NCBI GenBank assembly: GCA_965649765.1
Contig: OZ287759.1
Location: 30,442,001-30,506,000 of the forward strand
Direction of reading: 5' to 3'
DNA: 64,000 nucleotides
Source of the DNA: Bispira polyomma
Taxonomy: Eukaryota
The notes below the pieces were generated by a model that did no database searches, had not been told where the DNA came from, and worked only from the letters and a program-made list of their open reading frames with translations. Positions 38,401-53,645 of this stretch are shown piece after piece; position 1 is the stretch's first letter; the number at the start of each line of letters is the position of its first letter. The position numbers were made by a program, and so were the translations under genes.

Positions 38401-40009
38401 TTTTAGGGTATGTTTCCTTCATTGGATTCCTGCAACAACAGCAAAAAACCCATCAAAAACAGATTTAAAAAAAAAGATTTTGAAAAAGTATTGCAACTTG
38501 CATGAATGGTGTTACTTAAACCTTAGGGTAATCTCCTAATTGGTATTCAGAGCAATGTTATTTTGTATCATCTACATTTAACTTGATCTGTTTTCTCTGA
38601 CATTTGTATTTGAATTCAATGCCATCCCTTGCGTCATCTGAAAATTCTTACTTAACACAAAGTTTGTGTCGCCGTTTGTGTCGCCGTCATCGATACTTAG
38701 GTTTTAGTATACCCAGACATTCCTCACTTTTGGTTAACAATAGCTTAATACCGTAGGTAATGGGATGCCTGATTAGTAATTATAAAATATGTAAGCGAAA
38801 ATGTTTCATGAGCAAAACGCTTTCCAGCTATATCGTATTATATATGTCAGCAGTATAGTTTTAGTATTTAGATCAATGTTAATGTCATAACAAAAACAGT
38901 TAATAATCTTAACAAAAGTAGTGTGTGAATATAGTTGTGTTAACAAACATTGATGTATAGTAATGCTAACAGGTTGTTAATGTTGTAACACAAAGGGTAA
39001 CAATTGAATGTTTTTAAATAAACTCATCCCATAAGACTAATTTAGTTTTCAAGAATAGACGAGTATCAATTAAATAGTAGCAGGATTTATATGACATTTT
39101 TAGTGATGTTACGATCATAACCCATACCAAATTGGGGATACCCAGGGAAATTTTCTTACTTTCAGTAATAAATACACATACACTTCACATAGACTAAACA
39201 AATATCTTTGGGTTGTCTTGGGCTATTCCTTACGGCCTGGTCTCACTTTCACAGATCAATAGGGGTTATCTGTATAACTAGATGAATGTACTTGGCAGTT
39301 ACACAAATGCGGCTACATGGTCGTTTTGTGTCTGGATTTCTCATGTCACTTTTTGATGTCACACACACGTACACATCCTGTTTATATTATGCACTATCAC
39401 TAATACGTCATTGACACATTACTAACACAAGCAATCATCACATACATGGCACAATCCCTACTTTTACAGAAAAAAATTCTTACACAAATGGACACAAACA
39501 TCACTTATATAAACTTTTACTCACTGCCTTTGCAGACTTATACAGACAAAAAGAAACAAAGCCACATATTATGTCATGTATTGTTAATGCTTACGACACA
39601 TACTGTCATATACCATCACATTCTATGAGCTGTCTTCACGTTTTTATCAGAAATGCTCACTTATTGACACTGAATGAGATTAACTACTTTTTGACATATT
39701 TAGAAATGTTCTTGTACCATTATGTCACGTATCCTCATTAATACTCACCTTTGCTGGCCTTCGCTCACCTTGACAGACTCGCTATGAACTAAGTCATGTT
39801 CACATTGGCGATACCTGGTAACTAACTCACTAATGAGATATTCCTTAGGGATATATATATAAGGATCTTACATGCTTCCGAACGAATGGCAATGTGAGCG
39901 ACATACATATTTTAGTTTCTCACTGTTAAAATTAGCGGTAACAAATCTAGGCATTCTGTTATACTATATTTACTTATTTTCAGTTTTATGTCACGGTTGT
40001 TTATTTTGT

Positions 40010-43000
40010 AGTCTAGTTACTATATTCTACCAAAGCTTGACGTTGTCCCCAAATATCTAGCTACAGTGAAGTTGAGTAAAATCTGAGTGCATCTTTGATA
40101 TCACCAATGAAAATAGTAAATTGAATAGTGACATGTATAGGTTATTTCTACTGGGCATCCACATAGCCTCAATTTGCATTGAGTCTGAGTTTGACCTTTT
40201 TATTTGACATTGCAATCCTAGCTTTTCTTAAACTGCTTAAATTTTTGCTTGTACCTAAAGCATGTTCATGCTTTTACAGCAGTTCAACATTGAATGTTGA
40301 TTCGGTACTTTTATTGTGATGATTTATTGTGGACTGGTAGCCAATAAAGCTACACTGGTGCGTATGTTGTGTAGATAATGTACCTTGTAAGTTACAAGTG
40401 AGTATTGTGTTTGCGTGCTATATTATAGTTGTTTATTAGGAGCAATGCAATGCTCTAATTCCATATGACAAGACAAAAAAAACTAAAGCCTACAATCATG
40501 AACGACATATTGAATCACTCTTTTTAACAAAACATGCAAAAAAATAATTGATCATGTGAGCTTTGTGAGTTGCACAGAATTTTTGTCTTGTGTAGCGATT
40601 AATTACATACAATTGGTTGTGTCATGTGAATAGGGCATAAGAAATTGTTGTATATATTTGACTTGTACATTTCAGGTACAAAGGTTGGTGTATCTCGGAA
40701 TACTGTATTGGGTTTAGTTTTATGTATTGGCTTTATGTCTTGTGTTTAGTTGGGATCATATATCAAATACGTGTAGATATTTAACATGTCAATCTATTAT
40801 ATTTCAATATTGATACTGTTAGAGGAGTATTAGTATTAAAGACTATAGATTTATCATGCTATTAATATCGATCTATGACGTGTCTTCTCTAATTAGTTTA
40901 CAGACAGTTTAGTAAAATTTTACTTAACGCTAAACTACAAGTACCATTTTGCATACGATCATGGGGAGAAACTGATAAGAAATATCAATATCGATATTTT
41001 CATTAGATTGTATACAACTTCTCTATTCTAAATTGCATGTAATTCCTACTATAGTCTTGTGTGTTGACCTGACCTGAAACGAAGAGACAGGTATGACCAA
41101 ATCATAGTGTGAATAGAAAGTGCAAGGAGTTATAGACTATGGTAGCATTGATTAAACATGTCTGGCATAACCAGCGAAGGTATTTGCATGTAGGTGTAAT
41201 ACTATACTATTCTTTATACACTGGGATTTGCATCAGTGGGAGGTGGAGCATTTAAAATGGCAGTTGCAGATTAAAGATTCTTGGGGACGTTGATAAATGG
41301 TCATCCTCAAGCAAGCCTTGGCGCCCATAGTTGCTGCCAATGAGAAAGCACATTTTAAACGGCCCCGGGTTGTATAAGTGCACTATAAGAAATGCCCTAT
41401 TTCATTTTTGATTTCACCATTTGATTTAAAAATGCGAGGAAGTGTATTTGTTATTTCAGAGTACAATGTCTTGACCACAAAATTTGTTAAAAAGCGGTTG
41501 GGTTTTACAATGGTTATGTGGACATGTAGTCTTAAACTTACTATATATCGTCTGAACAGTAGCCAAATTACAAGTAGAATTTTGTAAGTACTGCAATTAT
41601 CACAATATGTAAACCCTGTACAACCTTTTTGTTGAACATGTTATTACAAATAAGCAAATGTTTTTCCAAGGATAAGTATTTAAAGTCACCCAGAAGGTTT
41701 CTCTTGTCATGTTCCGTCTTTGAATTTAGAGGCTTGTTACAGTTTCTGTCTCTTTCTTAATAGCTTCTTGCTAGCTCTTTGAGGCAAGCTGTCATCTTGA
41801 GTAATACTATTTAGCATCCTTTGCTGAAACTTTAGTGGTCATAGTCTGGTCATATTACAATGCACTCAGATTCAAAGTGATACTTCAGATATCCATAACT
41901 CTGACCGGAGCAAAGTTTAGAACAATCTGACTCTATATTTGAATTCAGTGTTTAAGGCTCTTTTTCAAATGAATGGTAATAAAAGTAATAAATCATTCCA
42001 TATTCAAGGACTTCTACATTTGAATTGAGTTTTTAAGCTTGAGATGCTTTGGAGAATACAGCAGCCCGATAATTGAATCTGTCCCAAGCAGATATGTGCT
42101 GTGCTTCCTACTTGCCAGAAGTTCTTTCATACTTATTGGTGCAGAAGGAGGGAGAGGGGGAATGAGCATCTGTCATTAAATGGAGTGATAATTTTTTTAC
42201 ACACTGCAAGGTTTAGCCATTTAGGATTTCTCAAAATATAGGGGCTTTCTATTATTTATATATTTAAATTTATTATAACAAATATATATATATATTTATA
42301 AAAAAAAAATCAAAATGTTGGGGTCTTACCTAAACTTATATTGTCCAATACTCTTCATACCTTCCTGTAAAATGAATTAATTCAGTTATGACTTTTAATT
42401 ACCATTTACCTTTTTAGCTTAGACAAGTGGTAGTACAGTATAACCTCTTTTATACGAACCTTCACTGTTCTAAATTAAAGATAGATGTATATTGAAACTG
42501 GTAATTGGTACCTTGTGTTACAGAAACATTTATTTTTGCTGTGACACACACTATTATAAACAAAATGTAGCCATGAAAAGTCAAGCGTAATGAATCCTCC
42601 CCCTGCATACCATAATATGTATGTTGCAGTTTGAAAGTGTTACCTATTTACCTCTCTATATATGGAGCATTATTAAGATCATAAAGTATCCTTCCTTGCA
42701 ACATAACCGTCTAGTTACAAACTTTAAATAAAATGGCCACAAAAGACACCCACAGAGACATTAAGTTAACTTCAAAATCTCAGCATCAAGGTCTCAGTTG
42801 ATAAAACAAGAGCACTCAGTATAGTGTGAGTAACAGACTAAAATATATAAATTACAGTAGAAGCCCTGTTATCTGAAAATTCTGTTTTATGAACTCAATG
42901 TTGACAAAGTGATCCTGGCCACGACTGAAATATCGGCAGGTCGTCTTGAATACATCCCAGCAGTTGCTGAATAGTTGCCGAAGCGCATAACCAGTGGCAA

Positions 43001-46000
43001 ACCACCAACTTCCAACACAAACAATAACTTCTTCTTACAGTGCTCAGTTAAGACTTACAATTTTAAAGTTAGGACTTATCTTTTTAAGGTTAAGACTTAT
43101 CTTTTGTGCCTTCCAGACTTATCTTTTCATTATTTACATGCAAATTTTCCCGCCTTTCTTTCAAAAATTCTTCTTGACAAAGCAATGATTAGCCTTGATA
43201 GTGGAACAGTGGTGTTAGAGCTTAGTCTTTGGTCTCAATCACTCTTTAATGTTCTTAGTTATAATTAGGTTGTATGCGGTCTTTAAGAGATCTTAACCTC
43301 TGTGTGACTGGGTCTTCAGGGAATGTAACATTTTTGAATAATTTAGGCAATTACAAGTAAAGTTTGATGTATTATAGGAAAGTCTCACCCTCAGGACCTA
43401 TTTACTTCATCATTTGGCTTGATTAACTTTTTCTGTTTTTGCTTTTGACCCAGTTTTCTATCCAGTGCATCATTTCATGGTCTCCATATCTAGTGCTAAT
43501 AGAGGAAAGAAAGATGAAGGGATAAAGGTAGAGAGGAGGGGGTAAAATGGCTGGAAGCAATTGCTAGAGAGGAGTGTGATAAAATTAGAGCTGGGTAGAA
43601 GCTCTAGTTTAGCTCTCCTTGAATATATTTTTGTTGACAGGTTTTCCTTGAATAATGAAATAATAACAGAAACAATAAGATAACTAGTTGTGGAAGATTC
43701 TTTTATTTGCTTCACAAGCTAAGCCGATTACCTCAGCAATTGATGTGCTAAGTGATATCATTAGTACAATGTAGCATGGTTGTTGTTTTACAGTTTTATT
43801 AGGGGCAGCTTCATATTGAAATGAAAATGGCGCCGCCATCTTAGAAAATAATTATTGGGACATTATTTTTTTTAAAAATCTAAAATATATATTATAAACT
43901 ATATAATACTAGTAGATCAGTAATTTGCGCCTTCCACTTTCACGTCGGCCTTGCGATTTTCACTGTTTACCCAGCATGTATCTGTCGCTGTGAAAATGTT
44001 TGTTCATCACTAATCAAATCCGGTTTCTATTTGCGGTCAGTCAGATCATATCACATATGAAGGAAAGTATAGCAATGCTCCTACAAGGTCACATTCAATT
44101 TTAGTTTTTTCTAATTTTCCGCAGTGGCTGTAGAGATCTACGCTTACCCAGGATTTTAGATGGAAATCACTGTGGGTTTGAAATGTTATACCGCTTCCAT
44201 TAAGGGATGTTTCTGCGACCAACTAATCGCCATACATGCAAGAGCCTCTCTTTTTTAAGTCGCTGAAGTGGGAGACAGGCTTTAGTCCCCAATATTAGAT
44301 CCAGTTGATCAAGTACATATACTCAAGCTCTTCTCAGAAGCTTAAATCTCAATTAGAATCTAGGTAAGAGTAAAGGTAAGTAAAATTAGATTGCATATTC
44401 AAATTTAACAGTTAAATATTTGTTAAAATGAATGGTTACAAGTACAGGCTCCTTCCATGTACAATGACTTCTACATAGCCTTCATTTGACTTGAGTCTAA
44501 GTTTTAGCCTGAATTTCCTCTTCGAGAATACAGGCCCTAAAGTTACATTAGCATATCATATAACTTGTAGGTGGGGGAGGGGGGTGGTTTCAGTAGTACA
44601 GTTATTTTTTTCCCAAATTGACCATAAAGAACACCAGTGATCAGTATAACTGGAACCTGTTCAAAGGATGGATTGCCCTATATTCTGTAGAAGTCTCTAA
44701 TGTATAAACCATTCCCTGTCATAATAAAGTCCAATTATTGTTGTACATCAGACTATCTACTAGATACAAGGAAAAAAAGAACTAGCAGTAAAACTGGCAT
44801 TGGGAGGGCCATTACTGTGGATAGAATAGGCTTAGATATCAATATGTAAGTGTCCCCTAAAGACCACAAGCACTGGAGGAAATATATGTAGTCTATCAAC
44901 TGAGACAGGGTGCTTAGATATGCATGTATACTGCTGGTTGGTGCTACACTGAAATGCTAGTTTTAATAAAAGCCCTCTGTGATTAATCATTCTTTCTGCT
45001 ATTTCTGTACCACTTCTTTGTTTGTAAAAAAAATAGTCATCACTTTGGGATTCAGGGAAAAAATAAAAGCTTTGGTTGAGCACTTTAAAGCAATACATCA
45101 AACTATGTTATACAGCAGTGAAAATAAATAATTCTGAAAAGAATCAAGAAGTGTTTCAGTAAGGCACATGTACCACATATTTTTTGTCCGAATTTAGTGG
45201 TGTAGTGGTAGTACACTCGTCTCCCACCTCTGTAGTGTTGCATTCGAATCCAGTCCTGGAATAGATATGGGACCATTGACCAGTAGTTTGCAAAGCAGAA
45301 AGCTGTTATGATTTTCCTCCACAAGTGAAATGTCAAACATCATTTGGTATAAGACGTGATGAAAACTACGATAAACTCAAACTAATTTAATCATATCAGT
45401 CTTATGGGCAAAAACATACACAGTTGTTTTCCTATTTTATACTTCTTGAAAAAGCATTTTTTTGTGTGTAATGGGTTTCTGTGTTCAAATATTTAACATA
45501 GAAAAAGAGTTAACATTTATTTAAAGTATGACATTACATTACAGACTAATGGGATTTAAAAAAGTTTTTCTTATTTTCTTTCTATGAAAACACACTTTCC
45601 TGCATAGCCCAGCATCAGGTTGTAATGAACTGTTGCATTTGTGCAAATAAAAATTCATGGCTTTGAAGACAGTCAAACTGATGATTTTGTCGCTATTAGG
45701 TATCTTTAGTACAAGCATTGTTCTTTTTTAAAAAACATGTATAATCATTGGTTCTCACAATGTTACTACTGCTGCATTTTAATAATCTCTCTTTTGTTCA
45801 AATTCAGTCGTGTATAGTACACTGTTTTGTCTAACATGACACATCTGTGTCAGTGAATCTGATTGGCTGAAAGCTTTGGTAAAAATCACCATATACACAT
45901 GGATCATTTTCGTCCGTCGGATTGACGCCCAGAGAAAACTAGTTACTTCAGTAACATATAATATTCCACAAAAATACAGTAGAATTATTTCATTTAGCAT

Positions 46001-47995
46001 ATTAGAATCTTAATAACTTATTCCAAATCTATAATATAAGGTACTTTTTACCACTCTTAGAGCATAGAAACTCTCAGACTTCGCCTTTGTGTTAGTACGC
46101 CTCCAATCGTGGTAAAAATTACTTTGTATCATGGTTTGTCATGTGTTTATTCCTTAAGTAAATTTAAAGTGATCTCTTTAGAGCCCTTAAACTGGCTTAC
46201 CATCTTTGTTTTGTTTCTTGTGTTGCTACCCTCTTCCCTGGTTTATGGCCATATGATGTTTTACAAACAACATGCTCCTATTAAAAATATGCTTGGCATC
46301 AGTAAGGTGGAAGATTTTAATGCCCATCACCATAACAGAAGCCAACAGAAATCGTGTTTGCCTATATAGTCTTCACACATAATCTCTTGTGAATAGAATC
46401 AGCAGCTGTACATATATCTGTTTTTTATATTTATGTATCTTTTTACAATTGGCTGTGGTTACTATAAAGGAATCTTCAAAAACTAATAGAAACTAACACT
46501 GCTTATGTTTGTAGCCAGACTCTCCTCCCTCTATAGAGAAGTATTTTGACTTGAAATAAAGCAGTTTGATATACAGTTATAAGAAACATCACCTTTTTGT
46601 GAAAAAGGTAACATTTTAGAAGAAAATAATCTATTGTGGGTTTCAGTTGTGCACATGGCTTGCAAGATTTATATGTGCATAAATACATGGAAAGTTATAG
46701 AGGTCTGAGCATTATATTGGAAGACCCACTGTCGACTTACCCATGATTAAAATTTTTAGAATTGTTTTGTCCCTTTACAATTGTTTTAAATTTCGATACG
46801 TTTTGGTATCCCCAGACATCTCACTTATGGTCAACGATATCTTAACACTGTAGGTAATGGGAGGCTTGATTAGTAATTATAAAATGTGTAAGCGAGAATG
46901 CTCCATGAGCTAAACGCTTAATAGCTCTATTTGTATTATATATGTCAGTAATTCAATTTTAGTATATAGATCAATGTATATGTCTTAACAAAAGCCGTTA
47001 ATAATCTAAACAAAAGTACTGTGTGAATATAGTTGTTAACAAACATTGATGTATAGCAATGCTAACAAGTTGTTAATATTGTAACACAAAGGGTAACAAA
47101 TAAACGTTTTAAAATAAACTCCAAATATGTTGTATATATATATATACCACTTTTTCACTTATTGGCGTCTTTCCCATAAGACTAGTTTCCAAAAATAGAC
47201 CAGTATCAATTAAATTGTAGCAGGATTTATATGACATTTTTAGTGATGTTACGATCATAATAACCCATACCAAACTGGGGATACTCAGGGAAATTTTCCC
47301 GTCCTGCAGTTATAAAGAAAACTATACCTTACATAGACTAAACAAGTATTTTTGGTTTGTCTTTGTTTCACTTTCACGGATCGATTGGGGTTACCTGTAT
47401 AACTAGATGAATGTACGTGGCAGTTACACAAATCCAACTACTTGGCCGATTTGTGTCTGGATTTCCATCTGATGTCACTTTTTAATGTGAACCACTAGTT
47501 GGCACATAAACATCCTGTTTATATTATGCACTGTCACTAATACATCATTGACACAAGCAATCTTTACGTACATGGCAATATCCTCACTTTTACACAAATG
47601 GACACAAACACATCAATTTTGTACACTTTTGCTTACTTTTGTTGGAGACTTATACAGACAAGTAGAAACAAAGCTACATATTCTGTCATGTACTGTAATG
47701 CTTATGACACATACTGTCATATATGATCACATATTGTGAGCTGTACGTGGATTCCTATCACAAATGCTCACTTTTTGGGACTTATTGACACTAAACAAGA
47801 TTAACTACTTTTGGACACATTTAGAAATGTTTTTGTACCATTATGTCACATATCTTTATTAATAATCACATTTGCTGGCCTTCGCTCACCTTGACAGACT
47901 CACTATGAACTAAGTCGTGTTCTCATTGGCGATACCTATGGTAAGTAACTCACTAATGCGATATTCCTGATATATATAAGGGTCTTACATGCTTC
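40010..47995 (+). repeat. Segmental duplication, copy B
   Basis: 40010-40440 matches 25885-26370; 41424-47995 matches 32533-39880 with copy-specific insertions. Confidence 0.88.
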
Positions 47996-48319
47996 ACTCA
48001 TTACCCACAGCTAAAAAAATGTATATTAATCAATTACTTGAATCCCCATTACGCCATTACCCGAATGTGGCATTAGTCATAATATGATATCATGCCTTAC
48101 TAGTTGGCTTGGAATTGGACGTAGTTAAGCTGATGCTCCGGCAGAGGCCTGGAAGAAGGATTTAACCTTACTAGCTACTTAGTCGCCCCATCTACAGTCA
48201 GTACTTCATGGCTAAGTTAGAGAGTGGGGGACCTTAATCCATTCACATCCTTGATCAGTGTTTACTCTACACTATTTAGAGAGTTAATAACAAAAACTAC
48301 CCCAGAATAGCAAAAAGAA

Positions 48320-48640
48320 GACTGAAGGCTGCAGCCTAGTCATCACACTAGTCACGGGTGACAGCTACATATCTCTATTATATGACTTCAGGGTAGCACA
48401 CAACACTGTCCACAGTATTGTCAAGGATTTACTGCATGCCAACATTGATGAATACATGCAGGAGGTCATCCATCTACCCAACACCCGATGGAATGGCAAT
48501 CTGAGTTATATTCCAGCCGATGGCTTCCACCACACCTTAGGTGCCCTATGTGGCAAGCACGTGAGAATCAAGTGCCCTCTGAATGCTGACTCACTCAACT
48601 ACAAGTGCTTCCATTCTATTTTCATCCTGCTGCAAGACTG
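48320..48640 (+). pseudogene. Harbinger (HARBI1-like) transposase fragment
   Basis: VTGDSYISLLYDFRVAHNTVHSIVKDLLHANIDEYMQEVIHLP...FHHTLGALCGKHVRIKCP...NYKCFHSI. The catalytic DGKH is mutated to CGKH. Confidence 0.85.
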
Positions 48641-48649
48641 GTTGTCAGG

Positions 48650-49082
48650 AAAATAAATTTACTTCTGCAAGTCCATCATTAATAGAAGGACTACACTGGT
48701 TACCTGTGCAAGCAGGAATAAACTTTAAAATAATTTTTCTAGTGTTCAAATGTCTGAATGGATTGGTGCTAAGTTACCTAATTAATCTCAATGTGAACCC
48801 AGGCAACTAAGGTCAAATCTGGCTATTTCACTGTTTCTCCTAAAATAAGAGACTTCTTATGGGGATAGATCGTTTGCAGTTGCTGGACCAAAACTTTGGA
48901 ATTAACTCCCTGCTGAACTTAGAATGACTACTTCCAAAGACATTTTTAAATCTAGACTAAAATCACATCTGTTCAAGCATAACTGTGTGTAAATTCCAAA
49001 CAATATTTAAATTGATGATTGTCGATGTGTCTCTGAACATTCTGTGGAATGGGTACGTTAAATCAAATTATTATTATTATTG
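48650..49082 (+). mobile_element. L2 LINE 3' end
   Basis: LHWLPVQAGINFKIIFLVFKCLNG...GDRSFAVAGPKLWN*LPAELR...FKSRLKSHLF, followed by an (att)n tail. Confidence 0.9.
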
Positions 49083-49098
49083 TGGCACTAGTGGATGC

Positions 49099-49350
49099 AT
49101 TTGAATTTGGATATTTAACGTCCACTCTAGTACCTTTTAGTAGGGTATATTGGGACGGGTAGTTGGAATGGCTGGAGGAAACACAGCATACAGTCGGTCA
49201 AGGTTCTGCAGAGAAACCAGCGGCCCACAGTGAGGAACTACCACCTTTCCCACATCGGCATTGGCGGGATTCGAACTCACGCTGGCCAGAGGTGAGAAAC
49301 CAGTGATTGTGAAGCCCAATGCTTGCTAACCAGTAGGTCACCGCGGCCCC
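49099..49350 (-). mobile_element. Full-length family A SINE
   Basis: Reverse complement of the 24735 family (ggggccgcggtgacctactggttagcaagc...gacgttaaatatcc). Confidence 0.9.
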
Positions 49351-52300
49351 TATGTATAGCAGGCAGCACTTTTATAAAACAAATTCGTTCTCTCTCTCTG
49401 TACATTCTCTACATCTAGATCTAGATATGAGTCAGAGGAAGTTTTTGAATTTAAATATAATTTACTTTTATGATGTTTTAGGTTATTATTGTTGTATCTC
49501 GTCAATTTTCAGCCCTCTCATCTTTTAGTGTAAAACCTGTTAAATCCCTGAAGTGACGGTTTCCTGGCAAACCATTTTGGCTGCCTTGCTTTCAGCCGAC
49601 AGCAGTACCCAGATGTTGTCATGAACTTAGTATTGACCGATTGTTGCCTGAACATCGTAATAGGATTGAGATATCTACAGATGTATGAGGGACTTTTGAA
49701 CAGTGAGGATCTAAACTATAGTATGATGCCTGAACAATAAAGAGCTGGGGCAAATATGGCAGATGTGCCACAACAGTAGGGTTGCAACAGAGTTACAGTA
49801 GCTGCCAAGAGGCAGAGGGTATATTGTTAAAAACGGCTTGCAGTTATTTCTATTTTTACTACATGTTTATTTATAGCCTTTGCCAGGCTAGGCAAGTAGT
49901 TTATACAGAGGTTTGTGTGCACCCACAAAAGGGTTCAATACTGATTTACTATGATATAGAAGGAGTGGAAATTCACAGTATGCACGACGAGTGGTGATTC
50001 TTTTGAAGTTTGGGTGACACAGTAGGGCAAGTTCCCTAGCAGATGGATATGATCTGAAACAAAGCCTAAATGTCTCGTTTGAAGCATAAGTGATTGGCAA
50101 TAGTCAACTGCTCAGTCAAGGTTTGACAACCAAGACACTTGGTAAAATAGTTCAATATATTACCTTGAGGTGGATCAAATGTTCAGGTCTGGATTATAAC
50201 TGACAGGCAATGGTCAAGTGTCCACTCAATGTTTGAGAACACTTGGTGACCCTTGGTACATGACCTTGCGGTGGTATAAATGTTAAAGTTTGAAGTGTAA
50301 CTGACTACCATGCAATGGTCAAGTGTGAAGTCAAAGTTTGATATTTCAAGCCTCTTTGCTTGGTATCCATGTTCAATAATAGTAATACTTTTTATTTAGG
50401 GGTGCTATGGAATTGAAACTATTGTGACTTGAAAGACACAAATCTACAATAATTTAGGCTTTTTAGATGAAATGTCATATTACAAGTTAGCATTTTATGC
50501 ATAAAAATGCTAAAGATCCATCTGGTTCAATGAAATTTGTGTCAATTATTTTAAAAAAGGTTGTTACGTACACTGCGGTCTATTTCCCAGATATTGTGAG
50601 GAAATTCAGATGGAACCTGTACAAGAAACTCTACACTTTTACACTTTCAAAAAATTATATGTCCCAAGCTCAAATACTGCAGTGTACACACCCATAAGTC
50701 CCATGAGCTCTGTGTATTGTGTCACATACATAAAGCCGAACAAGCTGTCACAAAGGCGAAACACATCACAATAAGCTGTTGCAGCGTCTTCCCGGTGAAA
50801 AACATTCAGTTGGGGTTTAACATCACTCTCAACAAGTCTTGTATTCTGCCAGGACAAGCAGCTGGTGGCAGAAATGAAAGCACACTAGCTTGTACGAGTG
50901 GAATTTTAATGATTACAGTTTATTAATGTTTTTATTGCGAAAAAATATGGATTACCAGTTGTCAAACCGCAGTCTTGTTGGAAAATCAAAAGGAGTAGTC
51001 TGACAACATTTAAGAGTACATTTAAATTTGACAAATTATGGGAGTATGCATTTCTGGAGATACTGTTCAGGGAAATGTAACTTTTTGGTACACTAGCTTT
51101 AAAGCAAATTGCTATACTGACTTTTTTCGGTTACTATCAATATATTTCCAAAACTTATTTTCTTGACTTGCTTACTGATGAAAATCGGGAGAATAGTTCC
51201 AAATAGGACTATGTCCAATTAGAATGATGCTATTTATCTTATGATGCCTTGATTTAAATCTTCATAGTTGTAGTTCGGTTGTGCATAGAAAAAGTAATCT
51301 AAAACAATGATTTTAACAGTCTTTGCAAAATATACAGGTTTTATCGTAGTTTGTAAATTAACAAGCCATTTAACTGGTGGATGCTACTATATCCCCCTAT
51401 TTAGAAAAAAATCAATTTGGTTCCAGAATCATAAAGGCTTATATATGTGATAGGTTGATTGGGATGCTTTAGAAGAAAAATTAAAAATTTATGTGTTCCA
51501 AGGGGGTTCAGCCTCAGTGGCTGTTTTGTGATCCCAGCTTATCTATGGTTAAGACAATGTATGGTTCAATGTCTTTAACATCAATCAAATATGCTTGGAA
51601 TGGTTGTACCATAGAATCATCTACAGTATAGAGATTGCATTATAATCTTATATGTGGAATTTTTATCGTTTTAATATAGACTGCATATCATAAAGAATAA
51701 AATTCAGTTCCTAAAGTGCAACAGGAGGAAAATGTGAATTCATTAATTGTTTTACATCACATTCAACAGCTTTGGTCATATCACGTTGGTCAGATTTAAC
51801 GGTGGAAACCATTGGAATGAACATAATTCAAACCCACATTGGTAAAAAGGTCAGTGATTGTGAAGTGAATGATTCGAACACTGGGCAACCAATGCCCCCT
51901 CAATAGGATGGAACCATCAAACTCAGCTAGATGAAAATCCTTGTATTAATGTTTTTGTTGTTTTCGTCTTTTATGTAAGAAAATCATGTAAAAGAGTATT
52001 AGAGATACCATGAGAATGAGCTGGCAATTTGTGGCACATTTCCTTTTTGTCTCTCAACCTTTTATCCATTTATTCCATGGTGTTGGTTGTTATAACTTAA
52101 AGAAAACAGAAAACACAATGCATGACCTTGTTTTTGAAATCCATTTTATTCAGAATGTTTAACACACAATGACCAACAACTTTGATTTTGAGAAGGAAGT
52201 TCGCATTATTGCTTTTGTAGTTACTAATATATAAAAGTTAGCTATTCACATACCATAAAACTACAGCTTCACGGGTAGATAAGCTTGGCTGTCAAACGAA

Positions 52301-53645
52301 ACTGATTGCAATTATAGATCATCCATTTCATATGGGTAGTTTTTTTTGTTCATAAGACAGCCTTATATGTTAAAAAAGTTCATATTTCTTAGCCTGAGAG
52401 TTTTTCATGAACTATTTCTATTCTTCATGATTCAAATGTACTAAACATAGTTTATTAAACCAACATGGTCAACTTCTGTGTTACAAAACGTGTTCTTTCT
52501 GACTAAAGTCTTATTTTTCTCTGGTGGTTTGGGTGTTAGAAGTCTTGTTCTACTGTTTAAATGTGTCCTTGGCTGATATTCGCACAGATTCGGATTCTTA
52601 AATTATTGTCTGGAGCAATTTGATTGACTGGAAATATTGTGTCGAATAATTTGATTGACTGAGAGTAATTAGTAATTTTAATAGTTATAAAACTGTAATA
52701 TCAGTTGATCATCAATTGAAATATAACATGTAATTAAGTTGCAGAAAGGCTACTTCTTTAATGCTGTGACACTTGAGCCCATTTGTAGCTCTCTGGTAGG
52801 ATCTTTTGGAGCAGTAGACAGCAGATGTTTTCTCTTTCAATTGCTCCATTTCTCTTTGATTAGTGGGGAATTGGATCATAAATGTGCCATCATTAACTAA
52901 TCTTATTTCCCAGAAATAACTGAAGCACATCTTTTGCCAGGTAGAATTGTCACCTTGATTAAACAAAATAGATTAAAAATCACCGAGCTGTAAAGAAAAA
53001 GTATATCTGATTTTACTTTTATTAACCAGTGTGGAAATGCATTTGTATATGATTGTATCTCTGTAGTGCGGTAAACTGATGTACTGTATAAAACCTGCAG
53101 TAAGATTGGCATACACTAAAATTCTCTTTTAAATATTTGCAACCCTTTCATTTGCCAGTTATAAAATAATAATATACACACATATTGCATCTATACAGAA
53201 ACACTTGTAGGCCCTGAGATAGGAAGCTTCTCGAACGAGTATGAAAGGATCACTGCTACAGCCAGTTAACAGATAATAAACGATGGCTGTCTTTACAAAA
53301 GGTAATGTATTACTTTCTGCAAACCAGCAAAACAAAAGATTGCCTGTGTTAACAGTATAAACTGGCAAATGTGGTGTATTTATATAATGCATCGCCATAT
53401 GTCCTCGTGGGTGTTGGTATTCAAATGAATAGCCCATGTAGTATCTCACATTGGCATGGGTTCAAAGAGTTACCTAACAAAGTTATAAACTAATAATTAA
53501 TAGATGCAATAAAGACTGAATGCTTTGCATGTACTTGTCATACAATGGATAGCCATTAACAGAAGCATTAAATAATTAACCCATTTTTTTGGTGGAAATA
53601 AGAAATACAGAAAGTAAATCTGCAAGGCAGTATTTTATGATCTAT

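Larger units (their letters stand above)
32533..39880 (+). repeat. Segmental duplication, copy A main block (an upstream block lies at ~25885-26370)
   Basis: Collinear diverged match to 41424-47995: 32533-34720 vs 41424-43745, 36960-37060 vs 43875-43990, 37073-39880 vs 45410-47995. Confidence 0.9.
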
